Shown here piece after piece: positions 60,302 through 64,000 of a DNA stretch of 64,000 bases (position 1 is the stretch's first letter; each line of letters opens with the position of its first letter). The stretch is taken from the NCBI GenBank assembly GCA_016784445.1, contig JADHUR010000003.1, forward strand, positions 2,590 through 66,589. The letters are read 5' to 3'. The stretch comes from Patescibacteria group bacterium. Lineage in GTDB: Bacteria; Patescibacteriota; Patescibacteriia; UBA1558. The notes under the pieces were generated by a model. It did no database searches, had not been told where the DNA came from, and saw nothing but the letters and a program-made list of their open reading frames with translations. The position numbers and the translations under genes are program-made.

Positions 60302-61201
60302 ATGTTTAATATAATTGGTAAAAGAAAATATTGGTTTGGACTTTCAACAGTACTTGTTGCATTGAGTATTATTGCCATTTTAGTATTTGGTTTAAATTAT
60401 GGCATAGACTTTACTGGTGGTAGTATTATGGAATTAGAGTTAGTAGACGCTAGTTTAGATAATGCAGAAGTAGATCAAATATTAACAGATTTAGAAATTA
60501 CAGAGTCAGTTATTCAACCAGCTGGAGATAATACATTACTTATCCGTACCGGTCATTTAACAGAACAGCAACATAATCAAATATTTACTAATTTAGAGAC
60601 TAAGGTTATTCAGCAAGAGGGAAGTATTACTCAGCTTAGATATGATTCTATTGGACCAACAATTGGTAAAGAATTAAAAGGTAAAGCAATGACATCTTTA
60701 TTTGTTGTAATGCTTGCTATAGTTGCATATATTGCATTTGCATTTAGAAAAGTTTCTTTTCCAGTCGCTTCTTGGAAATATGGCTTGTCAGCAATAGTTG
60801 CACTTGCTCATGATGTAATTATTACGGTTGGATTATTTAGTGTTCTAGGATATTATTTTAATTTTCAAGTAGATACTCTATTTGTTACAGCCTTGCTTAC
60901 TATTATGGGATTTTCTGTTCACGATACTATTGTTACTTTTGATAGAACTCGTGAGAATTTATTCCGTACACATGATTTAACATTTGCACAAATTGTAAAT
61001 ACTAGTATTAATGAAACAATTGTTCGTTCATTGAATACTTCACTTACAACATTACTTGTACTAGTATCTGTATATTTCTTTGGTGGTGTTTCTATACAAC
61101 AGTTTATATTAACAATGATATTCGGTATTATTATTGGTACTTATTCATCTATATTCCTAGCAAGTCCACTATTAATGGTTTGGTATAAGCTAAAGCAATA
61201 G
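60302..61201 (+). CDS. secF: protein translocase subunit SecF
   Basis: GIDFTGG, IGPTIG.EL, AHDV, GFSVHDTIVTFDR.REN, GTYSSIF.A. Confidence 0.96.
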   Translation: MFNIIGKRKYWFGLSTVLVALSIIAILVFGLNYGIDFTGGSIMELELVDASLDNAEVDQILTDLEITESVIQPAGDNTLLIRTGHLTEQQHNQIFTNLETKVIQQEGSITQLRYDSIGPTIGKELKGKAMTSLFVVMLAIVAYIAFAFRKVSFPVASWKYGLSAIVALAHDVIITVGLFSVLGYYFNFQVDTLFVTALLTIMGFSVHDTIVTFDRTRENLFRTHDLTFAQIVNTSINETIVRSLNTSLTTLLVLVSVYFFGGVSIQQFILTMIFGIIIGTYSSIFLASPLLMVWYKLKQ

Positions 61202-61221
61202 GGAATTAATAGGTATTAATA

Positions 61222-61249
61222 TAATGACCCGTTTTTGGGTCATTTTTTG
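61222..61249 (+). terminator. intrinsic terminator
   Basis: AATGACCC-GTTTTT-GGGTCATTTTTT. Confidence 0.75.
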
Positions 61250-61391
61250 TTTGTTTGGTTCTAGCCCTTGACAGTATTGGATATAATTGGTAATCTATAG
61301 AAGATATTGACTTTTACTAGAAAAAATGCTATATTTTATTTATATTAGCTTTTAGTCTATATCTTGCTTAAATAAAATAATACACAAGATT

Positions 61392-62516
61392 ATGAGTAAT
61401 TTAGACACTACAAATTCAATTTTAGATAAGGTTATTTCCTCACAAACAGCTGAGGATATTGCTAATTTTGAACCTAGTTCAATTTTAAATCTATTATTTT
61501 CCGCTCTTTCAGAGAGAGAGAGGGATGTTATTGTCCATAGATATGGTTTAGATGAGAAAGAGGCTAAAACATTAGAAGAAATTGGTAAACTATTCGATGT
61601 TACACGTGAGCGTATTCGTCAGATTGAAAATAGTACTATTAAGAAAATACGTAATCATCCTGAAATTGAAGCTAGTTTAAAGCCTGTTGAGAATATGATC
61701 TCAGATATTTTAGAAGAACATGGTGGTGTTATGAGAGAAGATTCTCTATATGAAAATATTTTAAATTACGGTACTACTAGAAATATAGATAGAGCTGCTA
61801 CTTCATTTATTATCTCAAAATTACTTGATCATAAATTAGATAAGGTTGTTAAAGACAAGAGAATGCATGATAGTTGGAAGCTACCAACTGCAGAAGTAGG
61901 TTTTGTTGAAGATTTAATTGATGATTTAGTAGAAATATTAAAAGATAGAGATGAACCGCTTGCACGTAGAAATATATTAGAAAAAATGCAAAATCGTCCT
62001 ATTAATGAAAAGTATGCTAATCGTGTAAATGAAAAGGCAGTTAATAATGCACTAGACTTAACAAATAAGATTAATAGTAATCCTTTTGATGAATGGGGAC
62101 TAGCAAATTGGAGATCAATCAAACCAAAGAGAATGAATGATAAGATTTCTATTGTTATGCGAAAAACAGGTAAGCCATTACATTTCACTGAAATTGCAGA
62201 AAAGATTAATGAAGCTAAGTTTGATAATAAAACAGCCTATCCAGCAACTATACATAATGAATTAATATTGGATGAACAGTATGTACTTGTGGGACGTGGT
62301 ATTTATGCATTAAAAGAATGGGGTTTTCAACCAGGAGTTGTAGCAGATGTTATAACTGCAGTTATGAATGAATCAGGAAAACCAATGACTAAAAATGAGA
62401 TTGTAGAAAAGGTGTTAGAAAAGAGAATGGTAAAACAAAGTACTATTCAATTAGCACTTATGAATAAAAAAAGATTCAAACGCATTGAGCGTAATAAATA
62501 TTGGATCGCAGATTAA
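61392..62516 (+). CDS. sigma70 region 4 plus HARE-HTH (RNAP delta-like) domain protein
   Basis: [31 protein letters not shown]; [28 protein letters not shown]; no sigma region 2. Confidence 0.85.
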   Translation: MSNLDTTNSILDKVISSQTAEDIANFEPSSILNLLFSALSERERDVIVHRYGLDEKEAKTLEEIGKLFDVTRERIRQIENSTIKKIRNHPEIEASLKPVENMISDILEEHGGVMREDSLYENILNYGTTRNIDRAATSFIISKLLDHKLDKVVKDKRMHDSWKLPTAEVGFVEDLIDDLVEILKDRDEPLARRNILEKMQNRPINEKYANRVNEKAVNNALDLTNKINSNPFDEWGLANWRSIKPKRMNDKISIVMRKTGKPLHFTEIAEKINEAKFDNKTAYPATIHNELILDEQYVLVGRGIYALKEWGFQPGVVADVITAVMNESGKPMTKNEIVEKVLEKRMVKQSTIQLALMNKKRFKRIERNKYWIAD

Positions 62517-62581
62517 TTAAAATAAAAATAAAGCAATAGGGCAGATGCTTGCTGCCTACTTACTTTATAGATTGCACCCCC

Positions 62582-64000
62582 ATGCAGCTATATATCGATT
62601 TATCATATTTTGAATATTTAGGAAGTCTATCCGTTCCCCACATTATGTGGGAGTTGTTCATATCAGGCGGATGGATTTTTTTTATTATCATTTTGTTATG
62701 GTTTCTATGGGAAGAGTGGATAATTGCTAGACAAGATAAATGGATGTCAGACAAGAAATTTACACTTCTTGCTATAGATGTACCTAAAGATAATGAGCAG
62801 TCTCCAATGGCAGTTGAGCAAATGATGACAAATTTAGCTGGTGCACATGCACCATATAGTAAATGGGAATTATGGTGGGAAGGTGCTGTTCAATTATGTT
62901 TTTCACTGGAAATTGTTTCCATAGATGGATATATACAATTTTTAATTAGAACTCCAGATTTCTTAAGAGATATGGTAGAAGCAGCTGTTTATGCTCAATA
63001 CCCAGAAGCTGAAATTACCGAAGTAGAAGATTATGTAGATTCTATTCCAGATATATATCCAAATGATACACATAATTTTTGGGGTTCTGAACTTGAACAA
63101 GTTAAACATTGGGCTTATCCAATTAGAACATATAAAGAATTTGAACACGGACTTACTCAAGAGCTTAAAGATCCGATGGCAGCACTTCTAGAAATGTTTT
63201 CAAGACTTGGTAAGGGAGAGCAGGCTTGGTTTCAAATAATTGTTAAACCAGGAGACTATAGTTGGCAGGGTAAAGGTAAGGCTGTAGTAGATAAAATGAT
63301 GGGTAAGGCGCCAAAGATTACAACTGGACCATTCGGAGCAGCTGCTGGTGCAATTGCATCAGAAGCAGCCGCTTGGGGCGTCGAAGCTACTAATTCACTA
63401 TTTGGTACACAACTTGAAATTGGGGCAGACAGTACTCCACAAGATGATTCAATGTCTATGTTTAAAATGTCACCACTAACAAGACATACTTTAGAAATGG
63501 TAGAAAGAAAAATAGCTAAAGAAGGATTTGAATGTAAGATCAGACTGGTATATGTAGCGGAGAAGGCTGCTTGGAAAAAAGCACAAAGAGTTGGTACTTT
63601 CTTTTCTGTTGTTAAGCAATTCGGTTCATCTAATGGTAATTCTTTTAAACCATCTAAGGCAGCAACAGTTAAAGCTAATTATCTATTTGCTGAACAAAGA
63701 AAGATTATTAAAACAAATAAATTAGCCGATGCATATAAATCACGTTCTTCATGGAAAGGTATGCCTACCTTTGTATTAAATTCTGAGGAACTTGCTACAC
63801 TTTATCATTTCCCAGCATTTACTATCAAAGCACCTCTTCTTAAGAGAACAGAAGCCAAGAAAGGCGAGCCGCCTTCATCACTCCCTATGGATGCAGATAA
63901 TCCATTAATAGTTCCAGATGAAGCAGTGGTAGTAAAAAAGCCTCAAGAAAAAGAAGAATCTAAACAATATTTACCAGACAGTTTAAAGGATTATGATTTT
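62582..64000 (+). CDS. membrane-anchored hypothetical protein of a CPR-type family often linked to TrwB/TraD-like ATPases (3' partial)
   Basis: Open frame from ATG 62582 to the window end: TM, LLAIDVPKDNEQSP, FSLEIVS, YAQYPEAEI.EVEDY, YPIRTY, LNSEELATLYHFP. Confidence 0.75.
   Translation, partial: MQLYIDLSYFEYLGSLSVPHIMWELFISGGWIFFIIILLWFLWEEWIIARQDKWMSDKKFTLLAIDVPKDNEQSPMAVEQMMTNLAGAHAPYSKWELWWEGAVQLCFSLEIVSIDGYIQFLIRTPDFLRDMVEAAVYAQYPEAEITEVEDYVDSIPDIYPNDTHNFWGSELEQVKHWAYPIRTYKEFEHGLTQELKDPMAALLEMFSRLGKGEQAWFQIIVKPGDYSWQGKGKAVVDKMMGKAPKITTGPFGAAAGAIASEAAAWGVEATNSLFGTQLEIGADSTPQDDSMSMFKMSPLTRHTLEMVERKIAKEGFECKIRLVYVAEKAAWKKAQRVGTFFSVVKQFGSSNGNSFKPSKAATVKANYLFAEQRKIIKTNKLADAYKSRSSWKGMPTFVLNSEELATLYHFPAFTIKAPLLKRTEAKKGEPPSSLPMDADNPLIVPDEAVVVKKPQEKEESKQYLPDSLKDYDF

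Overview
AT-rich bacterial chromosomal segment with dense, mostly + strand genes in standard genetic code (TGA is used as a stop in ATGA overlaps). Gene content suggests Patescibacteria/CPR, probably Parcubacteria/ABY1-like (inference): short EF-Ts and ProRS, many pilin-like genes, two MreB paralogs, a sigma-r4/HARE-HTH protein, and core genes without Shine-Dalgarno sites. The window holds translation genes (rplY end, prmC-prfA-rpmE, rpsB-tsf-pyrH, frr, proS), gap, a signalling plus type IV pilus operon, a fermentation operon (PfkB, PduL-type PTA, AckA, four-subunit 2-oxoacid:ferredoxin oxidoreductase), recJ-rnhA-holB, mreBCD-mrdA, greA, RNase P RNA, a glycosyltransferase cluster and secDF. 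Most interesting: (1) an unannotated 29-aa Lys-rich, CxxC-tailed peptide with its own promoter and RBS, separated by a hairpin from a radical SAM/SPASM enzyme, a candidate new RiPP system; (2) an independently promoted, highly structured ~300-nt noncoding RNA candidate at ~10.1-10.4 kb; (3) an FCB-type T9SS-CTD M23 peptidase; (4) a circularly permuted parvulin inserted in SecD; (5) a two-hairpin insertion in RNase P L13; (6) a pilin gene inside the oxidoreductase operon; (7) a shared leader architecture in the accessory genes. All calls come from reading the sequence; no database searches were run.
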